A stretch of 63,733 bases of DNA, filler included, from Aduncisulcus paluster (GCA_024181965.1; 34 parts of 34 records of this genome joined end to end with filler, not necessarily neighbours in it), one strand, 5' to 3'. Positions 12,668-26,316 are shown, numbered from the whole stretch's first letter. The notes: a model not told the origin generated them from the letters alone. Made by a program: numbers and translations.

Positions 12668-15023
12668 AATCAACTTCATAAAGCCACAACAAATCATCCA
12701 ACTCCATGCCACTCACATCAAGATCTGTTAAGGATGATCCAAAAATAGACGCAATATCAGAGACTGAGATACTTGGGTTATTACAAACACTCAGAGAGGT
12801 CAAAACACCAGATAAGGACGAGATAAGGGTTATATCTGTCACATCTGTATCAGAGATGTTCAGAGCAGTCAGATTGTTGTACTCACTCAAGGAGTTGAGA
12901 ACAGAGATATTACTCAAGGAAGCATTCCCACTCAGATCGAAACATGTGACATTCATTGCATATTCAAGCCCAGTCAAGTCAGTGATGTCGAGGCTTGACA
13001 GATCAAGACATGTTAATTCTTCCCCTTCACCCGTTGAAATACCTGCAAGATCACTTTTGGTCAGATCATCACACGAGAGATCATGGCCATCCACGAGTGA
13101 GCACAGAGCAGAGCGAAGATTAAGGTCAGGGATTGTAACATATTGACATGAATCTCCATGCAAGTCAGAAGCAGAACAATCACAAATATGTGTTGCAAAA
13201 TTGCATATTCCATCCTCAATTCCTCCACATTGTTCACCATTCTTGAGTGGACATTCCTCGCTGCATTCCTCGCCATACCACCCTTCAATACAATCAGAAT
13301 GCACAGAAGCAGCATCCATACCAGCATCGACAACACATTGTGAACCAGGATAGGTAACAAGTGTATCGACACACGATGGGGCAGAAGAGACAGATTGTGA
13401 AGCATCGAGGGAAACACATGTCGGTGGATCAGACGAAGACGAGGAAGAAGAAGAGTTATAATCACGATAACTGAACAGGGCACACTCGACCTGATACTCA
13501 TCAGTCCACACTTCACGACACACGACATTGTCCGACGGTGTCATGGAAGACAGAGCTTCGGAACAGTGTGCACAATACGACGAATCTTGGTCAATCAAAG
13601 AATCACTGCTACCCACATTCACGGAGAGAGCTGGCGAAAGAGGGAACAGTGCAGCATACACGGTGTCGGACACATTGCACAGCTTGTTCTCACGCACGTC
13701 AAGCGAAGACAGACCAGAGATCGGGAACAAGAGCGAGATGTCCGTGAGACCATTCGAACGGATGGACAGGGTGGACAATGCAGGGAACATGCTCAGCGAA
13801 CGCAAGGAAGTGTCACACAATCCAACAGAATCAAGGGTTAATGTCGTCAGAGATGGCAAGGAGGACAATGTTGTCAGGGAGGAAGACATGGTCGTGGATA
13901 AGGGGTTGTTGCTGAGGTTCAGTTCTGGCAATTTCACCAAATTTTCTAATGGACTCACATCAGATATTTGATTGTTGTACAAATGCAAATATGTCAGATT
14001 CACCATTCCAGATAGAGCAGAAATATCAGATATCTGATTTGAATAAAGGTAAAGAGTTGTCAAATTTGACATTTCAGATAGATCAGAAATATCTGAAATA
14101 TTATTTGCAGCGAGATGCAAAGTTAACATCAGTTCCATACCACCCAAAGGTGTTATATCAGAGATATTGTTGTAATAGAGATATAAAGAAGAAAGACTAG
14201 ACATATTCGAGAGAGGAGATATATCTAAAATACGATTATTTCCAATATTAACAGATGTAAGAAGGGACATATTAGAGAAAGGAGAAATATCGGAGACAAA
14301 GTTATCATGCAAAAAGAGAGTCAACAAATTCGTCAATTTGGATAAACTCAAAACGGAGGAAATTTGATTATATCCAAGATGTAAATATGATAATTGAATT
14401 AATTCTTGTAATGGACCCACATCATATATTTGATTATTGTTCAAATACAAATAGGTCAGATTCACCATTCCAGATAGAGCAGAGATATCCGAGATACTAT
14501 TCTCACGCAAGGTCAACTCAACAAGCTGCTCCTCAACACCACTCAAAGAACCAAGAACAATGTGAGAATCAGTCAGACCAGTGTTTCTCAGATCAAGCTT
14601 CGTCAACATCGTGAATGCGGATAAAGACACATCCTCAGATAATGCAATGTTCTGCAGATACAACGTGGATAGGGAAGACGTTGGAAGATACCCAATCTCT
14701 GTCGAGTCAATCTCAAGGTCAGATGTGGATGTGCCATCGATGGTGAGTGATGCAAGGTTCGTTGCATAAGACAATCCTTCGAAGGTGTCAACAGAGGATG
14801 CACTGAGGGAAGTCAACGACAGCATGTCAATGTTGGTTATGACGGAACAATCGTCAGAGAGAATGAGAGACGCAACGAGAGCAGAACACACAGCAGCTCG
14901 AAGGTTTGCATCGGGGATAGAAACATCATGGAACTCACAGTTAGTACCATACCACCCTTCAACACAATCAGAATGCACAGAAGCAGCATCCATACCAGCA
15001 TCGACAACACATTGAGTTGTGGG
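12668..15023 (-). CDS. Internalin-like LRR + EGF-like surface protein, partial
   Basis: IPDANLRAAVC...FEGLSYATNL cap, about ten tandem 22-aa LRRs, CxEGWYG EGF modules; MDAASVHSDCxEGWYG module occurs twice. Confidence 0.92.
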
Positions 15024-15123
15024 NNNNNNNNNNNNNNNNNNNNNNNNNNNNNNNNNNNNNNNNNNNNTTAATTAATTAANNNNNNNNNNNNNNNNNNNNN
15101 NNNNNNNNNNNNNNNNNNNNNNN

Positions 15124-16597
15124 TGCCGAACGTGGGGACTCGTGTATCGGTCAACTCAATGGAAGAAGTCCAAAACTCGACATCATCAGCAGATACACTA
15201 ATATCACACGTGACATCTCCAACGAAATCAATAGGTTCGGAAACAGTGAATCCTGCTGATGCAACAGCAGAGGAATCGGTGATATCAACAGAAAGAGTTT
15301 GCATATCGACACTCACACCCTTTTCGCACTCGATGTAAACTTCAATGTCAATCAAAGGATGTTCACTCAAGGAAAGGGCATTCACAAGAGAGGAGGCAAC
15401 AGAAGCGTCTATAGTGAATTCAGTACCAAATGTCACAGAAGAGTCGCTGATGGAGACGTTCACATCACTCGCTTGGAGGGAAGAACATGCGGTCATCGTC
15501 GGAGCTGAATATTCTCCAATGCCGCAGGACACGGGCTCTGTAGATCCACTCTCACAATATGATCCCGCAGGACAATCAATGCACTCACCATTCTCAACAT
15601 CGTCGAAGCAAGCATAGCGCCCATCGCCACAGTTATGCACAAGATAGAGCGTTGGGAACGATATGGTACGTTTCTCAAGGGCAATAGTCACACCAAGGTT
15701 GGAAACAACACCTTCACAGAGCAAACTCTCTTTGACAGGGTCGGTGGAAGAGAGATCTGATTTCTGAAGGGCAAGAACCTCGGAACTATTCATCTCAAGG
15801 TCGATGGATCCAGACAGAGGAATCGTTGTTGACCATGTAGCTACCTCAGAATCCATCGTACACGTCAAGGAGAGCGATGGAACAATAGAAGGATCAGGCA
15901 TCGATGAAAGCTTCACCTCAAAGATTGGAGCACTCGTGGAGGTGATGGAAGTGATACTATTGATGAGTTGCGTCGATACAGAGAATGTCAACTTCTCTTC
16001 ATCCACGATATCAATGGAGAAAGGCTCATAGGACTCAATGGTCTCATAGATAGCAGTCGTGGAACTTTCATCGGACTTCTTGACCTTGAACACAAACTCA
16101 CAGCCAGAGTAGTCCAACATGTAATCATCAAGCGTCTCAGGGATGGCAATGGTCACGTCACAGAACATCGTGGTCGTAGAGGAGGACAGGTATGTGAACG
16201 TTGACTCAGATGGGGTCACACTGATCACACTTGCACAGGAGTAAGTACCAGATGGCAGGTTGAGACTGCCGCTCAGAGTAGCGTCCTCGATACCAAGAAC
16301 AATGCCAGAAGGTGGAGCGGGCGAGTAGAAGGTCACAGTGTGATCAGTACCCTCCTGGAAGGACCAATCGCCACCAACAGTCACACTTTCCGCACTAGAG
16401 TCGTCCAGAGAAAATGAAATCTCGTCCATCATGGTTGAGGCGGACACGGAGATGGGAAGAGTGAAGATAGCGACATCACTTGATCCAAGAGTGATAGTGA
16501 GACTCAGATTGCATGTCGTCGAAGAGTCGGCCATTGGCGAAAGAAGGATACCAATGTCTTCAAGTTCCCACGTTGTTGTGTGAGACTCGGGAACAAT
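15124..16597 (-). CDS. Ser/Thr-rich extracellular-type protein with GCC2/GCC3-like Cys module, partial
   Basis: 488+ aa ORF; ECIDCPAGSYCESGSTEPVSCGIGEYSAPTMTACS. Confidence 0.75.
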
Positions 16598-16697
16598 NNN
16601 NNNNNNNNNNNNNNNNNNNNNNNNNNNNNNNNNNNNNNNNNTTAATTAATTAANNNNNNNNNNNNNNNNNNNNNNNNNNNNNNNNNNNNNNNNNNNN

Positions 16698-18369
16698 GCA
16701 CGAGACCGACAAAGGTGGCTGCAAGTGCCAAAGGTATGACTAGAGAACAACTTGGTCAACAGATAAAGGAGACATTGAACAATAAACATCAATATTGTTA
16801 CTCATTACTCCTTGACATTCACTGCAGATATGCCCATGTGTTTGATTTGAGTGAATTACCTCCAGCTAGATACCCAGCATTCGGGATCAAGCTGATAGAG
16901 GGTGAAAAGGTGCCAAAGAGTCACCTAAGACAGATACCGTGGTCGAGAGGACCAATGCTCCAAGCAGAGCTGGACCGACTCAAGAAGTTGGGTACGATCG
17001 AAGAGATCAAACATGAGACACGATATGTCAGTGCTATTGTGTTGGTCCCTAAAGGGGATGGAGTGAGATTGTGTGTGGATTATAGGCCACTGAATAAGGC
17101 AACCATGACATTGCATAGAGCTGTCGCCAGAGTCGACGAAGTTGTACGCATGTTACACGGAAAGAAATTGTTCATCATACTGGACTTAAAATCTGGATAT
17201 CACCAAGTTGAGATCGAAGAAAGTAGCAAGGAGTACACTACATTCATAACGAAGTTTGGAACGTTTCAATATAAACGGATGCCGTTTGGGTTAAAGAATG
17301 CTCCTGCATACTTCACAATGATGCTAGATGATATTTTAGCAGGACTGGTCAGAGTGAACTGCCTGATCTATATGGATGATATCATAGTATTTGGAGCAAC
17401 GCTTCAAGAGTTGATTGCCAACTACTTAAAGGTGTTGGATAGGTTGTCAAAGGCCAACATGAAAGTAAACGTGCTGAAAATGCAGCTCGTATGTGAAGAG
17501 GTCATATACCTTGGATTTAAGATAAGTGGAAAGGGACTTGCTGCTTCTGAAAAGAAGATCAAGGAGTTCTCAAAGCTTCGAGTAGTCACTACCAAGAGTG
17601 AGCTAAAGTCGTTGCTAGGACTAGCAGCATACCTGAGCCCTTTCATACCATGTTATGCAGCCAGAACCAAGTGTCTGTCAAGCTTGCTAAAGGAGAAGGT
17701 TCCTTTCATATGGAAACGAGAGCAGCAAGATGCCGTGGAGGAGATCTTAAAGACACTCCAGAAAAGAATGATGCTGGCACAACCAGATCCAGAGGCTGAG
17801 TTTCATCTGTACACAGATGCCTCATGTGTCGGTGTTGGTGGAGTCCTCTTCCAAAGAAAGAATGATGGAAAAGAAGAAATCTTAGAGATAGTCTCAAAGA
17901 CACTCTCGGAGGTGGAAGCAAGGTGGCCCATAATGGAGCTGGAAGCCTTTGCTATATATTATTGTGTAAGGAGACTAAGGTATTATCTCCTGGGAAAACC
18001 ATTTGTGGTTCATACAGACCACCTGAACTTGACGTTCATAAAGTCAGCCACAAAGGCGAAGATACAAAGATGGCACATAGAACTATCTGAATATGATTTC
18101 ACCATAGAACACGTTTCTGGTAAGAACAATGCGTTTGCCGATGCGCTCTCGCGAGTGGGACACACGTATGTCACCAAAGAATGGCCTGCTGAGAAGGTGA
18201 AGGCTGAAAAGGAACTGATCAAGAAACTCTTTGAAAGAGAGGCACAACGCCGTATCGCCGCTATGACAATTGCTAACTTGGGACATGCCCCAGAGTTGAA
18301 AAAGAGCGATAGTGAAAGAGACTATGATACAGTGGAAGGCACTGAAATAGTGTTAGAGTGCTCTGGAAA
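16698..18369 (+). mobile_element. Ty3/Gypsy pol fragment: reverse transcriptase + RNase H, intact frame
   Basis: RLCVDYRPLN, LDLKSGYHQ, MPFGLKNAP, YMDD, YTDAS, TDHLNL, ADALSR. Confidence 0.97.
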
Positions 18370-18504
18370 NNNNNNNNNNNNNNNNNNNNNNNNNNNNNNN
18401 NNNNNNNNNNNNNTTAATTAATTAANNNNNNNNNNNNNNNNNNNNNNNNNNNNNNNNNNNNNNNNNNNNATTGATTGATTGAAATGTAGATCTATATAAA
18501 TATG

Positions 18505-19347
18505 TTAATGTTGACAGATCTTGAGCAGAGTCTTCCAATTCGATTTCAAGGGTGCGGGATGTTCTGGAATGGCTGAGTCGTGTTTTAAGGTCGCATCAAT
18601 AATATCAAAGAACTCAGCACGTGAGGTGAATACTTGCCATTTCATCTTCTCTAAGAATTCAAGCTCAAACAAACTGACTTGCGTGGCAGTGTAATACTTC
18701 ATCCCGATGATAGCCCAATCCTTGTTTCTGTACGTAATGTCATCAAGGTATTTGGAAGCAATCATGATCGCAGTGAGCGTGTATTTGTGGATGTTTCCAC
18801 GGTGCAAGCGGAAACAACTTGTCGAGACACCACGGAGTAATAAAATGCAGGCAATGATATACACTTGACGGGGAATCTTGGAGATACGCATGATTTCAGC
18901 AATCCAATCCCTCAGATGAACTTTGGGACAAGGGCTTGAGGAAGGTGGGATCTTGGATGAGGTCAACAACGATCTAAGAATTGATGCAATGTATTCAGCA
19001 TATCCAATGGAAGATAGAGATTCCAAACGGAGCTCAAGGGGATGACCCGTTTTGCAGAAAAGCTGAGATTTTGTGAATTCGTCGGAACATGAACATTCTA
19101 TCGAGGACGATTCATGGTCTGGGGTCAAGATATCCTTTTTTGTGGGACAAACAAAATCATCGGATTTTGCGACAATGTTTTCATCGGCAATATATTTTAG
19201 ACACTGACGTTTTTCAAACAATGCTGACAGGGGCTTTCTGTGACTGCAGAGTGGTGAAATAGATTCACTTTTACGCTTGTATGTAGCTTTGTCGTGTTTA
19301 TCTGGGGCAGCGGTACAAAAATTTGTTTTCATTTCGAAGGAGATCAT
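18505..19347 (-). CDS. PHO80-like / P(U)-type cyclin, complete
   Basis: NIHKYTLTAIMIASKYLDDITYRNKDWAIIG...ELEFLEKMKW cyclin-box signature; ATG to TAA with AT-rich flanks. Confidence 0.9.
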   Translation of the reverse strand: MISFEMKTNFCTAAPDKHDKATYKRKSESISPLCSHRKPLSALFEKRQCLKYIADENIVAKSDDFVCPTKKDILTPDHESSSIECSCSDEFTKSQLFCKTGHPLELRLESLSSIGYAEYIASILRSLLTSSKIPPSSSPCPKVHLRDWIAEIMRISKIPRQVYIIACILLLRGVSTSCFRLHRGNIHKYTLTAIMIASKYLDDITYRNKDWAIIGMKYYTATQVSLFELEFLEKMKWQVFTSRAEFFDIIDATLKHDSAIPEHPAPLKSNWKTLLKICQH

Positions 19348-19857
19348 TAATAGTATGTAGTAGTGTTGTTATAGCTTGGTATATAAGAGTATAATGTAAT
19401 AAGTTAGGGGTATTGTGCAAAGAAAATATCATCTGATGCATTTTCAAATGTGCTGCACATTGTAATGACGTTCAGATCATGTCATTTTTTGGCTTTGAAA
19501 ACTGAGATGCATCATGCATAGATTATGTTTCACTTCAGCATGTCATCCGCACTTATGATGCAGAGTTTAATCCTTTTCCAAAAATTTGACCGCAAGATTT
19601 CATACGATTACTCGAGATAGAAACGAAACAAAACATTTGGTGTCTATCTCGATATTCTATTGGAGATGATATATATGAGGGGATGTTTTTGTAATATACA
19701 TGATACAAAGTCTTATGATTAAGTCCCGATACCCCACTCTCAAGTTGGTTTGCAGGANNNNNNNNNNNNNNNNNNNNNNNNNNNNNNNNNNNNNNNNNNN
19801 NTTAATTAATTAANNNNNNNNNNNNNNNNNNNNNNNNNNNNNNNNNNNNNNNNNNNN

Positions 19858-22608
19858 TGTCAATTCGCTGGAATATGTATTCGTACCTGATGTTAGCGGA
19901 CCATTCGAGAAGGATGCCGGAATGGTGAGTGTTATCCTCGACCAGGGAACTAACACATACACCGGAACTTTCAATGTCTGGGTAAGTACAAGTGCCAACT
20001 TTGAGAGCACATCTATCCTTGAGCGTGGACAGATTACAAAATACTCTGACTACAAGACTACTGTTTCCTTCGACATGGATCTCTATGGGGACCCTCTATA
20101 TATTAAGGTTGAGTGCGCTGAATCCAGTTCCTGTGGTACTTTCACCACTTCCACCGATTCTTGGTATATTGATATCTTGGCTGCCACTTACGATGAGTTG
20201 ATCCAGGATGTTGATGTTTTTGTGACTATGGAGAGTGACATTCCTCAATACGCCAGCTTTGAGGTTCACAGTCAACTTGACATGTATTTGAACGTCTCGA
20301 CTGATTCCACCGTTGGATCGATTACTGCTATCCTCTGTGGCACTACTCCTCCAATGGATGCCTCCTATGTGAATGTCACTGGGTGCCAGAGCAAGGACAT
20401 TGGTGGTACTGGAATAGATACTTACTACACTTTCTCCATACTTGTTGGTGACGACTCTACTGCTTCTGGAATGCAATATCTCGGATTCTTCCCCAAGTAC
20501 TCTGTCACTGGGGATCAGATCAGCTTGAGCCTGCTCCTTCATCACCACTTCGCTGAGCACAGCCCTCTTAGTATTTCTATTCCCGTGAATGAGACTGTCT
20601 ATCTTCAGAGTCAAACTGTTAAGCAAGACACTGATAAATTGATCCTTGAGGTTTCTAACAACATTGTCTATGACACTGATTATATTCTGATCTGTGCCAC
20701 CAACACAAGTAACAACCCTGTCATCGGCGGTGATGCCTGTCCCATCGACAACCTTGGCCAAATTACCAAGACTGACAATGCTATAGTTGTCGATCTCGAT
20801 ACCACTGTCACATCTTCGCAGTTCTACGTGTCCCTTATGTACGTCGCCCTGTCTGGAGATGCCACTCCCGTGAAGATCTCTGTATCTTGGCACTCTCTCA
20901 AGGATCTCGGNNNNNNNNNNNNNNNNNNNNATTGATCCTTGAGGTTTCTAACAACATTGTCTATGACACTGATTATATTCTGATCTGTGCCACCAACACA
21001 AGTAACAACCCTGTCATCGGCGGTGATGCCTGTCCCATCGACAACCTTGGCCAAATTACCAAGACTGACAATGCTATAGTTGTCGATCTCGATACCACTG
21101 TCACATCTTCGCAGTTCTACGTGTCCCTTATGTACGTCGCCCTGTCTGGAGATGCCACTCCCGTGAAGATCTCTGTATCTTGGCACTCTCTCAAGGATCT
21201 CGGGGACAGCGATGCCGCTTACAACTTTGATGTTTCATCCGGGGAGACCTACTTTTTCTCATGGAACAGCCCTAGAGTTGCTCCTATCTGGTTCAACATG
21301 GTTCTGACCCCTCTGTTTGGACATGGAGCTGATGATATCCCTGACCCTACTTTCTATGTCCCTTACCTTGACTTTTACGGTGTTCGTGGAGATTTCATCC
21401 CTGATTCTGCGTCAAACGATGCCCCCGTGAACATTATCGTGCCTGGACCTGAGAACTACGATGAACGTAACTTCGATGGTGGTATTAAGGTTCTTTCCTT
21501 CTCTTCCCATGACACTGCAAGCACCGTTGTTTATGCTGGTGTGTATGCCTCCCCTAGTTTAACTTCAGACCTCGGAGCTATCAGTTTCTCGATTCAATAC
21601 ATTACGGATTCCACATATGATCTCATTCCTGTTCCCTTCAACGACTGGAGAAGCACAGGGTATCTCATGAGTGACACCATGCAACATTATTTCCATCGTG
21701 TGGTTGCTTCTCCCGAGTATTTGATTATATCTCCCTGTCTTGGTTACCCTGCCGTGGATCTCAGTAGAACGCAGAGTATGCTTGGACCTAAGGAAGGAAA
21801 GACAGAGGTCGGTGCCCCAGGAGAAGAGTTCTCGTATGAGATTCTGAACGACTATGAGAAGGATAGCAATGTCTTCCTCTCTCTCTGGTCTTACCCCGAT
21901 ATGGGTGGACAGAGTGGTAATGATCCTGAACCTTTCTCTGCAGAGATATATGGTTTCACCAATGATTCTAGACCCCAGCCTGATATGGGTGGAGCTTGGA
22001 GAATATCTAAGGTTTCTGGCAGTTCCATGATCGTAACCTTCCCTCCTGCTGCGACATCCATCACTGCCACTTATGACACCATTGAGTATGCCATCTATGT
22101 TGCTGAATGGTTTGATTATGATAATGTCGATCCTCGTTTGGCTCCTGCTGTCCACACTTATTGTGGAATTCAACAGGCCGGAGAAGCTGCTTGGCAAGAC
22201 CCTGTCACACTAAAGAAATGGAAACAGTTCACCACTGCTGATCTTGATTCTAATGGAATGCTTTCCTTGGAGGTGCCTTTCTACAACAGTAATCTTAAGC
22301 GTCAGATCATTGAGCCAGGTGAGAAGTACTGGATTAACGTTGTTGCAAGAGATGTGAACACAATGATGGGTAAGGCATATGGAGCCCAAGAGGTTGAGCT
22401 CAAGAAGACAGGGCTTAGCAGTGGAGCTATTGTTGGAATCATCTTCGGTGTCGTTTTCGGTGTGGCTTTGATAGGTGGCGCGATCTATTTCTTGGTTGAT
22501 TACTATAAAAAGAAGACCAACGAGAGCATTGGTGCCATAGTGACACCCAGTGAAATTACTCCAGTAGGTTCTGGACACTATGAAAACCTTGGAGATAATG
22601 AATTTTAA
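19858..22608 (+). CDS. Type I single-pass membrane protein with FN3-like juxtamembrane domain; 5'-partial; spans a 20-N gap with duplicated flanks
   Basis: Open frame once the 273-bp overlap is removed; TM GAIVGIIFGVVFGVALIGGAIYFLV followed by YYKKK; PGEKYWINVVARD FN3-like strand. Confidence 0.85.
20638..21203. repeat. 273-bp exact duplication flanking the 20-N scaffold gap at 20911..20930 (assembly overlap)
   Basis: 20638..20910 is identical to 20931..21203. Confidence 0.93.
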
Positions 22609-23096
22609 TTAATTTGAAAGTTTCGCTTAGACTTTCTCCCCCCCTATAATTTTTGTTTTTTATTCCGCAAGTTCTCTCGATCTTTTTCATATATTTTCGT
22701 GACATTTTCCCTCTCGTGGTTCGTATCCCTCAAGTTCACTGGTTGATAATTAATAGCTAAGTCAATGATAATTCTATTAATTTTTGTCTTTGACAAAGAG
22801 TTTTTGCTCGAATAAACATGCCTACTTTTTGAATTTAATATAGTGAAGGGTCTTCACTTCACTGAAGAGTCTATGAAACTCGGAGTTTGAAAAGCTATCC
22901 ACAGATTCTCACGGATTCAATTCCAATATTTCGATTCAGAGATGTAATTAATATGGATTCCTTAAGAATTCTTCGCAAGAATAGAAAGAAAACCTCTGAA
23001 AATACTTGATCTATCTTTGGACGTCAAGAAAAACCTTATATATGAATCAACAATTTCTGAATATTTCAATCCCTATTCGGCTCAATTGCGTTGAAC

Positions 23097-23727
23097 TCAA
23101 TGATATTTCCAGTAGTTTGTTTTGATGTGGATTGTGTCTGGGTCGTTCTGGAGTTCTCCCTTGCGAGGCTTGTAGTAGACAAAGTAAAACGACATGCCGA
23201 GGTTTGAGAACCTTCCTTTCCTATCGAATCCTTGTTCCATCGAAGGGTTTGATAGCTGACCGGCAGGACCGAAGGCTGAGCACTTTAGCAGACCTTCTTG
23301 CGCAGCAATCCTGTCAATGAAGGATTCACTCACATAACTGCGCTCAAAACCTTCGATAAACGATGTCACATCTTCTTCCTTCTTCGAGGGCAGAGAATAA
23401 CTGTACAGACCATGTTGGATATCTAAAAATAGACCAAAGTCAGGTGAGAAACAATCATGTTCCCTCAGCACAAGGTATCCGCCCTCTTTCAGGATCTTGC
23501 AGCATGATGTCAGCACGAGCACAGGGTTGAGCATGTGATGGATGGACATGTAGCATGTGACGATCTCTGGACGGGGACGCTCCTTCTCCTCGCCGCACAG
23601 AAACAGCTCGGACCAGACCTTCTCTGCGGCACAGCATTCAAACTTACACTCGGGAGGGATGACAGTGGGTTCTCGAATGTCCACGCCAACAACAGTGGGA
23701 GAGTGGAAAATGGAGGGAAGCACGATG
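23097..23727 (-). CDS. Class I SAM-dependent methyltransferase, 5'-partial
   Basis: VVGVDI, IVTCYMSIHHM, KILKEGGYLVLREHDC motifs. Confidence 0.85.
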
Positions 23728-23827
23728 NNNNNNNNNNNNNNNNNNNNNNNNNNNNNNNNNNNNNNNNNNNNTTAATTAATTAANNNNNNNNNNNNNNNNN
23801 NNNNNNNNNNNNNNNNNNNNNNNNNNN

Positions 23828-25020
23828 TGTGAACGGGATTTATTGGGAGACAACGTTGAGGTTCTGTTTGGAGATGTGGTTGATCCAACAGGTACTGTTT
23901 CCCAGGATACAACATCTGCATGTGGATCTGATTCTTCCTCTTCCTCTTCTTCTTCATCGTGCTCATATCTGGAAGATCATCGTGTGTGTGGAGTCGATTA
24001 TTCTGTTGACAATGTTGATGACACTGAGTTGGCATGCATCTGTGGGTCAGGATACTATGAAGACGTATCCTCTGGTGAATGTGTGTTACCTTCTTCTTCT
24101 TCTTCTTCTTCTTCTTCTTCTTCTTCTGCGTGTTCCAACTGTGGTGGTGAGCGTGGTACATGTGTGTATGACTCCGAGTCTGACGCTAGTGATGAATCCT
24201 CCCCACTATTCTGTGAGTGTTCTGATGGATGGTATGGGACTGATTGTTCATCCGTTTGTCCTGTTTCTGATGATCTTGGTTTGTGCAGTGGATCTTCTCG
24301 TGGAACATGTGATGCTGCCACCCATACATGTGTGTGTGAATCTGGGTATTATGGCTCAGCGTGCAACCTCTATTGTGATAGTTTGTCAAGATGTGGACTG
24401 CACGGTCAGTGTGCTGTTGATCTATTTTCTGATTATTCTTCTGAGACATTGTATTGTGAATGCGATGCTGGATGGTATGGGTCATCATGTTCTTCCCAAT
24501 ATCCTGTTGAGACTGTTGAGTATGTGAATGATGATGATGAAACAAACCCAACTATCGTTGATTATGTGTGTGGAGTTAATTACTCTACAGATCCATCTTC
24601 ATCATATTCAGCCTATGGAATCTATTCATCAGACACTGACACATATTCGTGTGACTGTTCCTCCTATGGTCTCATCACTGATGCATCCACATCCACATGC
24701 ATTGATCCTGCGACTCACCCTTATTACAGGGACATTGCTGGAAATGACACTGCCTGCTTGACCTGTGGAACAACCACGGATAGTCATGGCACATGTGTGC
24801 TTGGTGAAGGAGAAGATAGTCTCATAGCCATGTGTCAGTGTGAGTATGGATGGGGGAATGTTAGTTCAACAGTCTCATCATCAGCATCATCATGCTCTGT
24901 TGACATGTGTGGAGTGAGTGAGGATACTTACACTGAAAGCAATGCAGATCCATCCTCTCTGTGTTCATCGCATGGAGTGTGTTATTCATATAGTTCCAGT
25001 GATTCCAATAATGCTTCAAG
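23828..25020 (+). CDS. EGF-like Cys-rich surface protein, close paralog of 7167..8547, partial
   Basis: Shares CPVSDDLGLCSGSSRGTCDAATHTCVCESGYYGS...YPVETVEYVNDDDE at protein and DNA level. Confidence 0.9.
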
Positions 25021-25120
25021 NNNNNNNNNNNNNNNNNNNNNNNNNNNNNNNNNNNNNNNNNNNNTTAATTAATTAANNNNNNNNNNNNNNNNNNNNNNNN
25101 NNNNNNNNNNNNNNNNNNNN

Positions 25121-26216
25121 TCCAACACATTCTGCCACTTTATCCAGGAGTGGAGAAATCACACCGATGTGCTGAGCAACGTAGCCAATGAGATTGTTCA
25201 AGGTACCGACGTTCTTCAACAATACAGACAGAGACAAAATAGCGAAGGAGAAGAAGGAAGCGTTGACAAGTGATAATGATGGAGGGAGAAGAGGAGGAGT
25301 CATTATTTTTGAACTCGAAGCATCCGATTTGAAAGAGTTCGCAGAGAAGAAAGGAGCGAGAGAAGAGAGGGTGGAATGAGTTGTGTCTATTATTGGACTT
25401 GAGAAACAGACAGAACATAACAGAGAACAACTCAGCATAAGATGTTGGCAATATTTCGTGCATTGCTCAGCAGAACCGAACAAGGAAGAAATATCAGACA
25501 TGCTCTTGAGAAGAGAATACAGTAAAAGAACTCCAAAGCCACACAGAGAAGGGGAGGAAAGACAACAACAGATTGAGTGGAAGAATAAGTCAAGATTCAT
25601 AAGACGCTTGGTTGGAATCTGTTCATGTTGGAAGATGTAATCATCAATAAACTCCATTCCTTCTTGTTCTATTTTTAGAACCAGAATCGTGAGTAATTGG
25701 AACAATGTGTAATCGGATTGATCAGATGGAGCTGAAAATGAGAAAGACAGGGAAAGGGAAGTAGAAGCAGATAAACAAGGAGGCAAAAGGGCGAATAAGT
25801 CGCTCAAAGAAGGAAGTAAAGCTGAGGATTTCCGAGATATTTCATCGTTTTGGGCTCCAGATTGCTGAGATTGATGTATCATTGGATCTGCTTGTTGAGA
25901 TCTCTGCTTGTCATCTTCTGTCATCGTTCTCCTTTCACTTCGATCGTCGCTATATGTTGTCTGAATAGGGGATATTCTATATTTAGAACTTTGAGAATAA
26001 CTATGCGGATCTAATAGCTTCGAAGTAGTAGATTCTAATACTTTATCTTCTCCCTTCGAACTTGAAATATTATTATTCCTGCTCTCCACTCCAGAACTCA
26101 GTCCTCGAGATTTCTTTCTACCTCCCTTCATTCCCATCAACAATGAGGGAACACGCACTGATGGTCCAGAAGACATTGATAGACCTGCACCCTTTCCACC
26201 TGTGGGTTTCTTATTC
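25121..26216 (-). CDS. Hypothetical Ser/Leu-rich protein, partial
   Basis: Frame open across the whole contig; no recognised domain. Confidence 0.65.
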
Positions 26217-26316
26217 NNNNNNNNNNNNNNNNNNNNNNNNNNNNNNNNNNNNNNNNNNNNTTAATTAATTAANNNNNNNNNNNNNNNNNNNNNNNNNNNN
26301 NNNNNNNNNNNNNNNN

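Noticed and set aside
9892-18369. RT genes next to variable LRR genes suggesting a diversity-generating retroelement or retron-like system
   Set aside because: The RTs are typical Gypsy pol with RNase H or integrase, lie on separate contigs across linkers, and no template/variable repeat pair with adenine-specific mismatches was seen
20638-21203. Tandem duplications around the 20-N gaps at 20911 and 29273
   Set aside because: Exact copies directly abutting placeholder gaps; removing one copy restores a single ORF, so these are unmerged contig overlaps
20096-22578. Long antisense ORFs opposite real genes (e.g. 20096..20893, 21565..22197, 45687..46208, 60504..60977)
   Set aside because: Shadow ORFs produced by codon bias of the sense gene; no recognisable domains
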